The notes beneath the pieces were generated by a model. That model did not search any database. It was not told the DNA's origin and saw only the letters and a list, made by a program, of their open reading frames with translations. A stretch of 14,456 bases of DNA from Candidatus Eiseniibacteriota bacterium (lineage in GTDB: Bacteria > Eisenbacteria > RBG-16-71-46 > CAZAMP01). Of the stretch, positions 1-6,917 are shown piece by piece (position 1 is the stretch's first letter; every line of letters begins with the position of its first letter). The DNA lies in NCBI GenBank assembly GCA_965224245.1, contig CBDCYW010000021.1:1-14456 (forward strand). The letters are read 5' to 3'. The position numbers and the translations under genes were made by a program.

Positions 1-17
1 CGAGTGCTCGTCGCCAA

Positions 18-647
18 TCAGCCCGTGTGGACCATCTCCCTCAACATCGCCCCCTGCCGCTCCAACCGCTCCGCGATTTCGACGAGCCTCGGCGCCCCAC
101 CGAAGACGAGGTTGCCCGGCGCGAACGGCATCATCTCCTCCTCGCCTGACCACGGCTCGACGTATCGCACGTATACCAGGTCGCAGCCGCCGAAGCCGGT
201 CCCGTGCTCGACGCGCTCGACGGTGCCGACGATGTGGCTGGCGTCTTCACGATGGGGGTTGTAGCGGATCATGACCTTGTCGCCGGGGTTCACGTCGTGG
301 CTCCCGTCGCGCGGGACGGCGGTGTCGTCTTCCGGCGCGGAGGCGGGATCGTCGCCGAGCGACGCGGTCAGCGCCTCTCGCTCCGCAGCATCGAGGTGTT
401 CCATCGGTGCCAGCCGGTTCCCCGACCAGGCGTAGACGGTCCGCTCCCCAGCGTCGACCCTGTCGACCCAGTTGACCGCGTTGCTGAAGCCGAACACCGA
501 GAACGGCCGAGGCGTCGTGCCACCTCGTCGCTCGCGACACGCGGCTAGAACGGCGCGCCCGACCTCCATGGCCAGGCGGTCCTCGGACTCGTTGTCGGAG
601 TGTCTCACGGCGTCTTCGTAGATCCAGAGCACGTGCGCGTATCCCAT
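18..647 (-). CDS. Hypothetical protein (209 aa); C-terminal part may be an SH3/KOW-like beta-barrel
   Basis: Open frame with ATG at 647 and a GGAGG RBS (cctcc 653-657) overlapping the upstream gene's stop. Protein-like composition; C-terminal VNPGDKVMIRY...GTVERV pattern. Confidence 0.75.
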   Translation of the reverse strand: MGYAHVLWIYEDAVRHSDNESEDRLAMEVGRAVLAACRERRGGTTPRPFSVFGFSNAVNWVDRVDAGERTVYAWSGNRLAPMEHLDAAEREALTASLGDDPASAPEDDTAVPRDGSHDVNPGDKVMIRYNPHREDASHIVGTVERVEHGTGFGGCDLVYVRYVEPWSGEEEMMPFAPGNLVFGGAPRLVEIAERLERQGAMLREMVHTG

Positions 648-656
648 GCTCGCCTC

Positions 657-1250
657 CTACTTGAGCGAGGCGCGTAGACGGTTTGCCAATGAGCCCGCCT
701 TGTTCCCGACGACCTCACGCGGCCCGAGGTGCCGATCGGTGTAATCCAGCGCCGCCTTGTTGATCGAGACCTTGATCAAGTCGGGGTTCAGCACCTCCTC
801 GGTGTCCGGCCTTCCCTTGATCGCGACCTTCACGCTCTTGCCCGACTTCTCGACGAGGAACGTCACGCGCTCGGCGACGTTCGTGGCGCGGCCGCCGCTG
901 AACTCGCAGGGAACGCCGGCCTTCTTGCAGGCGTCGCGATAGGGGGCCAGCGCGGCCCGGTAGCCGTCCTTGGCGGTGGCGATGATGGTCCGCGCCTGCG
1001 CTTCCAGTGCTTCGGCCTCGGTCTTGGCCCGGGCGACCGCCGACTCGGCCTTAGTGACGGCGCCCCGGAGACCGTCGAGGTCGGGGGTGTCGCCGCCGGT
1101 CGCGGCGCGTGTGCGCGTCTTCGGGGTCGGCCGGGCCCCAGGGGCCTTCTTCGCCCCGGTCTTCGCCGTGCGCCCCGACTTCGCGCCGGTGCCGCCCTTG
1201 GTCGCCTTCGCCGCCGTCGTCTTCCCCGGGGCCTTCTTCGTCGTCGCCAT
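657..1250 (-). CDS. Hypothetical protein with a Lys/Ala/Thr/Gly-rich histone-like N-terminal tail and a coiled coil
   Basis: ORF track gives 657..1295. A better start is ATG at 1250, preceded by GGAGGA (1255-1260). It begins MATTKKAPGKTTAAKATKGG, followed by a helical AVTKAESAVARAKTEAEALEAQAR segment. Confidence 0.8.
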   Translation of the reverse strand: MATTKKAPGKTTAAKATKGGTGAKSGRTAKTGAKKAPGARPTPKTRTRAATGGDTPDLDGLRGAVTKAESAVARAKTEAEALEAQARTIIATAKDGYRAALAPYRDACKKAGVPCEFSGGRATNVAERVTFLVEKSGKSVKVAIKGRPDTEEVLNPDLIKVSINKAALDYTDRHLGPREVVGNKAGSLANRLRASLK

Positions 1251-1299
1251 CTCGTCCTCCTGGCTGTGTTGCAGGCGCGGCGGAATGCGCGCCACTGCG

Positions 1300-1335
1300 A
1301 CACATGAACGCTCGACCAGGGCGAGGTCATCAAGT
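1300..1335 (-). promoter_or_regulatory. Conserved upstream motif, copy A (CTTGAT-N15-GAGCG-TT-CATGTG)
   Basis: Plus-strand acatgaacgctcgaccagggcgaggtcatcaagt (1302-1335) aligns with acatggacgctcggagtggcggggacatcaagt (9316-9348). It lies about 50 bp upstream of the ATG at 1250. Confidence 0.6.
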
Positions 1336-1356
1336 CGTTTCAGGGCAATAAGTTAG

Positions 1357-1389
1357 CTTGATTTGACGCCCATGGGAGCGAACCATGTG
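1357..1389 (+). promoter_or_regulatory. Conserved upstream motif, copy B (CTTGAT-N13-GAGCG-AAC-CATGTG), divergent from copy A
   Basis: cttgatttgacgcccatgggagcgaaccatgtg has the same three blocks as copy A in the opposite orientation and points toward the tyrosine recombinase. Confidence 0.5.
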
Positions 1390-1674
1390 GGGAGCGAGGA
1401 GGTCTGAAAAGCTCCCTGCATCGCGGGCGCCAAACCGGACGCTGGGTGCGGCGTGAGGCACTGCTCGCCACGGCGAGCGGGCTGGGCGACAGAAGCGGCG
1501 ACATCCGGATACCACGACGCCCCCGACGACGCGCTCTGTCGCGCCGAGGGGGCGGGGTATCTGTTCCCCACGCCGATGAGGTGATGCGGAAGCGAAGGTG
1601 CAGAGCGCTGGTGATTGGGGAACGCAGGGACAGTACCACACTCATCGTTAGCGCCACGCAAAAGGAGGATGAGC

Positions 1675-2265
1675 GTGCCGTATCGCGCCCCCGAGACCAT
1701 GACCACCGCCGAGCAGCGGCGGCTCCTCGACGTCAGCGCCGAGAGCCCGAGGCCCCGCGATCACGTGATGATCTCGCTCGCGCTGGGCACCGGGCTTCGG
1801 CTCGGCGAGCTCCTCAGCCTCGACGTCGGCGACGTCAGCCCCGATGGCGTCCACGTGCGCACACGCGTGAAGCTGCGAGTCGAGACGACCAAGGGCGCGC
1901 GCAAGGGCGAGGTGTTTCTGCCGGATCGGGTCGTCGAGAAGGTGACGCGGTTCCTGGGTTGGAAGGCGATGATGCGGGAGTCGCTCGATGGCGACGCGCC
2001 GCTGTTCATCTCGTCGTGGGGGAGGCGGCTGTCGCCGAGGCGGACGCAGATGATGTTCAGGGAATGGCAGGCACGCGCCGGCCTTGACAGGTATTACTGC
2101 TTCCATGCACTTCGACACACGGCAGTGACGTCCGTATACCGGATGAGCCGCGACCTGTTTCTCGCCCAGCGATTCGCGAGGCATGCGTCGCCGCTCACGA
2201 CGGTGATCTACACTCATCCGAGCGATGAGGAGATGGCGGAGAGGGTGCGAGACCTGCGGTGCTGA
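1675..2265 (+). CDS. Tyrosine recombinase/integrase, catalytic domain only (~196 aa)
   Basis: Catalytic motifs GLRLGEL (R), TTKG (K), FHALRH (H-x-x-R) and RHASPLTTVIYTH (H...Y). AGGAGG at 1663-1668 favours GTG 1675 (or ATG 1669) over 1615. No N-terminal core-binding domain is present. Confidence 0.93.
   Translation: MPYRAPETMTTAEQRRLLDVSAESPRPRDHVMISLALGTGLRLGELLSLDVGDVSPDGVHVRTRVKLRVETTKGARKGEVFLPDRVVEKVTRFLGWKAMMRESLDGDAPLFISSWGRRLSPRRTQMMFREWQARAGLDRYYCFHALRHTAVTSVYRMSRDLFLAQRFARHASPLTTVIYTHPSDEEMAERVRDLRC
2140..2265 (+). repeat. Direct repeat copy 1: last 42 codons of the tyrosine recombinase
   Basis: Ungapped alignment to 2963-3088 (offset 823); about 90/126 nt identical by hand count, with an exact 21-bp core ttcgcgaggcatgcgtcgccg at 2173-2193. 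Confidence 0.92.
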
Positions 2266-2298
2266 GTCGAGCCACGCCCGGCAGTCGGGACGCCACGC

Positions 2299-2329
2299 GA
2301 AGGGCTTCCACCGTTCTCGGTAGCCCTTC
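2299..2329. other. Intergenic bulged stem-loop downstream of the recombinase
   Basis: GAAGGGCT-tcc-ACCG-ttct-CGGT-AGCCCTTC: 8-bp and 4-bp stems separated by a 3-nt bulge; no U-tract. Confidence 0.5.
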
Positions 2330-2399
2330 CGACCTGGAAAGGACCGCTATGACCTAGAATCCTCGCTCCTGGTAGACTCTTCCATCGGAGGCCCTTTGA

Positions 2400-2961
2400 A
2401 TGCATTCCGAACTTGATCCGAAGTTCGCAGCCTACGAGCCAGGCATCCCGCGAAGGCAGGTCCCCGATGTCGCCATTCGTGATGCCACGCCCGCTGACGC
2501 CGAGGGCATAGCCCAGGTTCACGTGGAGCGCCATGGCACCGACCTCGACGACGTCGTTCCCAGGGTTCTCCATGACCTCCAGCTAGTTGCAAACGGCGAA
2601 CGCCAGGCATATCGGTGCGTCGCCGTGCACGACGGTGCCATCGCCGGCTTTGCCAATTGCGACTTCGTGGATTCGCCCACGCCACGACCTGCCGCCCGGC
2701 ACGACGGGCTGGGGGCTCTCCGGCATCGTGATACTGCGAGCATACCGCCGATGTGGCATCGGTGAACGCCTTACGCGACGGCGTCTCGACTGGCTTCGCG
2801 AGCGTACCGACGAGGTGACCTACTTCGTCGAGATGGTCAATCGCGCGTCCATCGATCTGCACGCCCAGCTAGGCTTCGAGGAGATCGCGCGTGACGTTCT
2901 GATTGGCGGCGACCGTTCGCGCGGGCTGCACGGTGTCTATCGCCTTCGCTTTCGCCGGTGA
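2400..2961 (+). pseudogene. GNAT-family N-acetyltransferase, frameshifted near 2665-2690
   Basis: The N-half (IRDATPADAEGIAQVH...CVAVHDGAIAGFA) is in ORF 2400..2765. The C-half (GIVILRAYRRCGIG acetyl-CoA motif; NRASIDLHAQLGF) is in the +1 frame, ending at 2961. GGAGG RBS at 2387-2391. Confidence 0.85.
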
Positions 2962-2962
2962 C

Positions 2963-3088
2963 CGAGTTTCCCGCGTCCTGTTCCTGGCGTAGCGGTTCGC
3001 GAGGCATGCGTCGCCGTTGACGACGATCGTGTACACTCATGTATCAGATGAAGAGTTAATGGTGAGAGTTCGGGACCTCTCCTGCTGA
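2963..3088 (+). pseudogene. Direct repeat copy 2: orphan alternative 3' end of the tyrosine recombinase
   Basis: Translates RVSRVLFLA*RFARHASPLTTIVYTHVSDEELMVRVRDLSC* versus RMSRDLFLAQRFARHASPLTTVIYTHPSDEEMAERVRDLRC* (31/41 aa identical). TAG at 2990-2992; exact 21-bp core at 2996-3016. Confidence 0.92.
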
Positions 3089-3165
3089 TGCTCGACAAGA
3101 CGATGGTCGAGGTCACGCGCAGGTAGGTAGTCTCGCACGCGTCCATCCCAATCGGAGAAGTCCTC

Positions 3166-4890
3166 TTGCGCCGCGGCATCCGAGACTTGGCGAGAACAAC
3201 GGCTGCAGCAGCGACGATTATGTTCTGCACGTTCGCCGCCTGCGACGACGGTGTGTCTCCCGATACCACACCTCCAATCGTAGCCATAGTTGCGCCGGCA
3301 GATGGGGCTACCGTTACTTCGTCCACGGCAATCCGCGCCGACGCAACGGACAACGACCGCGTGCGCGACGTTGCCTTCTTCGTGGATGGTCAGGTGCTGG
3401 CAACGGACGCCACCGCTCCGTACGAAGTGCAGTGGGAGCCAGCATTCTGGGCGGATGGCGGAATCCATTCACTTCATGCACGAGCAACCGATCAATCGGC
3501 GAATGTCGGACTAAGTGAAGTGCTGAACGTCACCGTCGAGAAGTCTGAAAATGCGACCGTACAACTAATATCTCCCGAAGATGGTGCGAGCGTTCGGTTC
3601 GGCGATGTATTCACGTTGGCGTGGGAAGCATTAGCCGGAGCCGAGACCTATACCGTGCAAGTGGCACCCGACGACCTGTTTTCTACCATCTCTTTCGATA
3701 CGACCACAGAGAATGTCGAGGCGCAGGTATGCCCACTCGACTTCGGACGTTATTACTGGCGAGTGAGAGCGACTCACGAGACGGGTGCGGCGACAAGGTG
3801 GAGTCGTGTCAGGCTGCTCGCGTACGGGCGCTCCTTCAACAGTACCTTCGGTCCTGGTGTTGCGCGCGACGTTGAGATCACTCCAGACGGTGGTTTCATC
3901 ATTGCGGGATGGAACTACGCATCCAATCTTGTCGTCGTTCGAACCGACGCCGATGGAGATACACTCTGGACCTACACATCCACGTCGTCCGGTGACGACT
4001 ACGGTCACGCCGTCGTGGTTGATCCAAATGGCGGTTTTGTAATCGCCGGCGAAAGGTCTTTGCCACCGTTCGCTGCACTCGTTCTGAGAATTGATGACGA
4101 CGGGGATGTCGTGTGGGAGCGCACGTTCCTCGCCGGGGGCTACGCGGCCGGGGCCAAAGGGATCATCGCAACCGCCGATGGTGGATACGCAGTCGTTGGG
4201 ACAGCAAACACGCCGGTCGGTGGTGACCTCTGGCTCCTGAAGATGAACTCAGTTGGAGAGGAAGAATGGCAAAGGTCGTTCGACCTGTGCGACCAAGACA
4301 ACGGGAGATCCTTGTGTCTCGCCGACGAGGATGGCTATGCAATCGCTGGAGTCAGCTGTGGTGGGGATGGTGCGGGCCGTCGACTCGTCGTCGTTCGCGT
4401 AGATGGTGACGGCCGCGAGATGTGGTGCAGCGTGTACGGAACGTCGTATGAGACTGGGAACGCAATCGTCTCCAACGGCGCTGGTGGGTTCGTCTGTGCT
4501 GGCCAAATAGCGGACGCCGAAGTAGGAGGTTGGCTCGTCGGGATCGACGGCTCGGGAGAATTACTTTGGCAGCGCACATTGGCGGGTGGCGTTGCCGGGA
4601 TCATGTACGACGTGGATCGTACGGCAGATGGCGGCTTCGTGGTCACCGGGTTCACGAGCACGGGCGGTAGTGAGCGTCGTCAAATCTACCTTGAGAAGAC
4701 GGACCCAGCGGGAGTTGAGGAATGGCATCGACTTCTCGGTGGGGACGGCGACGACGTAGGGTATGCGGTCAAGGCGGACGAGGATCTTGGGTTCGTGGTG
4801 GCTGGCTGGAATGACAGCGATCGACTCCTCCGCCTTCTAAAGACCTCACCGACGGGCGAACTAATCGACGAAGAGACGGGTGCGCGATGA
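3166..4890 (+). CDS. Putative lipoprotein with a bacterial Ig-like domain, an FnIII-like domain and beta-propeller repeats (574 aa)
   Basis: Signal peptide with lipobox FAA-C (Cys codon at 3241). DTTPPIVAIVAPADGATV...VAFFVDG...APYEVQW is Ig-like; GRYYWRVRA is FnIII-like; repeated W..T...D.G..V....DGGFVIAG blades. TTG start with GGAGA upstream. Confidence 0.85.
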   Translation: MRRGIRDLARTTAAAATIMFCTFAACDDGVSPDTTPPIVAIVAPADGATVTSSTAIRADATDNDRVRDVAFFVDGQVLATDATAPYEVQWEPAFWADGGIHSLHARATDQSANVGLSEVLNVTVEKSENATVQLISPEDGASVRFGDVFTLAWEALAGAETYTVQVAPDDLFSTISFDTTTENVEAQVCPLDFGRYYWRVRATHETGAATRWSRVRLLAYGRSFNSTFGPGVARDVEITPDGGFIIAGWNYASNLVVVRTDADGDTLWTYTSTSSGDDYGHAVVVDPNGGFVIAGERSLPPFAALVLRIDDDGDVVWERTFLAGGYAAGAKGIIATADGGYAVVGTANTPVGGDLWLLKMNSVGEEEWQRSFDLCDQDNGRSLCLADEDGYAIAGVSCGGDGAGRRLVVVRVDGDGREMWCSVYGTSYETGNAIVSNGAGGFVCAGQIADAEVGGWLVGIDGSGELLWQRTLAGGVAGIMYDVDRTADGGFVVTGFTSTGGSERRQIYLEKTDPAGVEEWHRLLGGDGDDVGYAVKADEDLGFVVAGWNDSDRLLRLLKTSPTGELIDEETGAR

Positions 4891-4966
4891 GACCATGCGC
4901 CATCACCTCGACTGGAGTTGACCCGTTTTCGTGGACACTGCCACGCTTGTGCGATGGAGGTCCACA

Positions 4967-5278
4967 ATGCCCCGATCTCGATACCCCGAAGAGCTGAAGG
5001 CTCGGATCATCGAGCTGGCGCGGGCCGGGCGTAGCCCGGAGTCGCTGGCCGAGGAGTTCGAGCCGTCAGCGAACGCGATCCGTAACTGGGTCAAGCAGGC
5101 CGATCTCGATGACGGCCGACGCGACGACGGCGGCCTGACCAGCTCCGACCTGGCGGAGCTGCGCGAGCTTCGTCGTGAGAACCGGCGGCTTCGCGAAGAG
5201 CGCGAGATCCTAAAAAAAGCCGCGGCCTGGTTCGCTCGGGAGGCCGAGTCGACGCCGAAAAAGCGTTCGCGTTCGTGA
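4967..5278 (+). CDS. IS3-family transposase OrfA (HTH plus leucine-zipper-like segment)
   Basis: ATG at 4967 after GGAGG (4956-4960). Sequence RYPEELKARIIEL...IRNWVKQ...ELRELRRENRRLREEREILKKAAAWFARE. Confidence 0.92.
   Translation: MPRSRYPEELKARIIELARAGRSPESLAEEFEPSANAIRNWVKQADLDDGRRDDGGLTSSDLAELRELRRENRRLREEREILKKAAAWFAREAESTPKKRSRS
5212..5219 (+). other. Programmed -1 frameshift site (A7G) that would produce the OrfAB transposase
   Basis: taaaaaaagc near the end of orfA; orfB is in the -1 frame; this is the established IS3-family mechanism. Confidence 0.8.
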
Positions 5279-6168
5279 GCGCGAACCGGGCCGATCATGC
5301 CGTCACGACGATGTGCCGCGTGCTGGACGTCTCCACCAGCGGGTACTACGCGTGGCGACGTCGTTCGCCGAGCAAGCGCGCTCGGGAGAACCATCGTTTG
5401 GGCCAAGAGATCCGAGCGATCCATGACACCTCGCGTGGAACCTACGGCGTCCCTCGCGTCCATGCCGAGCTCGTGGAGCGTCGCCGGGAGGCGGGTGTGA
5501 CGGTGTCGCCGAGTCGCAACCGGATCGCCCGTCTGATGCGTCTGTTGGGCCTTCAGGGGGTCACTCGGCGCAAACGCTACAAGACGACGGTGCGAGATCA
5601 TCGCGATCGGGTGGCGCCCGATCTGGTGGATCGCCAGTTCGTCGCCAGCGGCCCCGATGCGTTGTGGGTGGCCGACATCACGTACGTTCCGACGTGGGTC
5701 GGCTTCCTGTTCCTGGCGGTCGTGCTGGACGTGTGGAGTCGTCGCGTGGTCGGTTGGGCCATGGCCAGCCATCTTCGGACCGAGCTCGTTCTCGACGCCC
5801 TCGAGATGGCGATCATGCAGCGCCGACCGACGACCCAGACGATCTTCCATTCCGACCAGGGAAGCCAATACACGTCGATCGAGTTCGGCAAGCGCTGCCG
5901 GGAAGCGGGCATCCGCCCATCCACGGGATCGGTGGCCGATTGTTACGACAACGCGATGTGCGAAAGCTTCTTCGCCACGCTCGAATGTGAGCTCATCGAT
6001 CGCACGGCATTCCCGAACCACCAGATCGCGACCCGTGAGGTGTTCTCGTTCATCGAGGGCTGGTATAACCCGCATCGTCGACATTCAGCTCTCGGCTACC
6101 TCTCTCCCGCGCAGTTCGAAAGGAGGACTCAACAAGACAGAAGACCAGAACCCGGAATCCTCAACTGA
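5275..6168 (+). CDS. IS3-family transposase OrfB (DDE/rve domain)
   Basis: DDE motifs WVADITYV, HSDQGSQY and YDNAMCESFF, plus YNPHRRHSALGYLSP. Confidence 0.95.
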   Translation: MSANRADHAVTTMCRVLDVSTSGYYAWRRRSPSKRARENHRLGQEIRAIHDTSRGTYGVPRVHAELVERRREAGVTVSPSRNRIARLMRLLGLQGVTRRKRYKTTVRDHRDRVAPDLVDRQFVASGPDALWVADITYVPTWVGFLFLAVVLDVWSRRVVGWAMASHLRTELVLDALEMAIMQRRPTTQTIFHSDQGSQYTSIEFGKRCREAGIRPSTGSVADCYDNAMCESFFATLECELIDRTAFPNHQIATREVFSFIEGWYNPHRRHSALGYLSPAQFERRTQQDRRPEPGILN

Positions 6169-6251
6169 GAACTGTCCACGGAAACGGGGGACGCCCAGAC
6201 TGAGTTGGACGTTGGCTCGGCTCTTCGGGAGCGGCACTGGTGGAGATTGCG

Positions 6252-6860
6252 TTGAGCGTAAAGACGATCACTATCAAGTTCGACGATAGATGCTTCGAGT
6301 GTGGCTGGTATACCGACGGGACGACGGTTCACGTGCAGTGCGAGTTCGGCACCGCCAGCGAAGGCCTTGGCGCATCACACAATCACAAGAAGAAGGCTCG
6401 GAAGATGCTCCGGAGGATGATCGAGAACGGACTCTTCGGGGGCACGCCTGAGAACTACCTGGACAAGGCAAGGGACTTCCGAGACTGCGTGCGGGAATTG
6501 ATGCCGACCTGTCCAGGATGGGAGCAGGGGCATGCTGCGGCTGGCACCCGTCGCCTGATAGGAGACGCGTTCGAGCTATCTCTGAAGGCAGTGTGGCTGG
6601 CTGAGGGTGCCAGATGGCATGCCTTGAAGGACGCTGGTCATGACCTGACACGGCTCCTTGAGGGTTGCAACCTAGCCGGAGTGGCAGATGAACACGCCGA
6701 TCTCGTCAGGCGCATATCACCGTTTCACAAGCGGCGCGACTTCATGTACGTGAATCGCACCGGCGTTCGCTATCTCCCACCCGTGGGCGACCTGGTTGAC
6801 GCCCTAGATGCGATCATCGCCCTGGCCGAGCCGGTTTGCCGCGAGGCCATGATGCGGTGA
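6252..6860 (+). CDS. HEPN-like domain protein with an extra N-terminal domain
   Basis: AFELSLKA...G...LKDAGHDLTRLL matches the HEPN E..LKA / GH.L pattern. Start is TTG 6252 (GGAG at 6242-6245) or GTG 6240. Confidence 0.65.
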   Translation: MSVKTITIKFDDRCFECGWYTDGTTVHVQCEFGTASEGLGASHNHKKKARKMLRRMIENGLFGGTPENYLDKARDFRDCVRELMPTCPGWEQGHAAAGTRRLIGDAFELSLKAVWLAEGARWHALKDAGHDLTRLLEGCNLAGVADEHADLVRRISPFHKRRDFMYVNRTGVRYLPPVGDLVDALDAIIALAEPVCREAMMR

Positions 6861-6917
6861 TTGAAGAGGTCACGGCCGCAATTCGAGCCACACCGAGTAG
6901 GGGCGCTTCCGCCGACC

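Larger units (their letters stand above)
4913..6197 (+). mobile_element. IS3-family insertion sequence, 1285 bp, apparently intact
   Basis: TG...CA ends and 25-bp imperfect terminal inverted repeats (4913-4937 tggagttgacccgttttcgtggaca; 6173-6197, 19/25 match). Flanking direct repeat GAC at 4910-4912 and 6198-6200. orfA/orfB organisation. Confidence 0.95.

Noticed and set aside
1580-1616. Possible fourth copy of the upstream motif (ggtgat...cagagcgctggtgat) before the tyrosine recombinase
   Set aside because: Only GAGCG matches well; the spacer is longer and the CATGT block is missing.
4880-4912. Possible third recombinase-tail remnant after the lipoprotein gene (gcgatgag, catgcg)
   Set aside because: Only 6-8-bp matches, not collinear with the tail. 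Rebuilding the pre-IS sequence gives no recombinase-like translation.
4903-6084. 393-aa antisense ORF over the IS, and other long shadow ORFs such as 7982..9214 and 729..1307
   Set aside because: They are opposite-strand or alternative-frame shadows of well-supported genes, expected in high-GC DNA.
6861-6917. 9-mers shared with sequences after the recombinase tails (gaggtcacg 6866-6874 vs 3109-3117; tcgagccac 6883-6891 vs 2267-2275)
   Set aside because: Short GC-rich matches that could be chance; no extended alignment.
2266-6917. Classical integron with attC sites
   Set aside because: No RYYYAAC...GTTRRRY attC boxes seen between cargo genes. The recombinase is co-oriented with the cargo and lacks IntI size and features.
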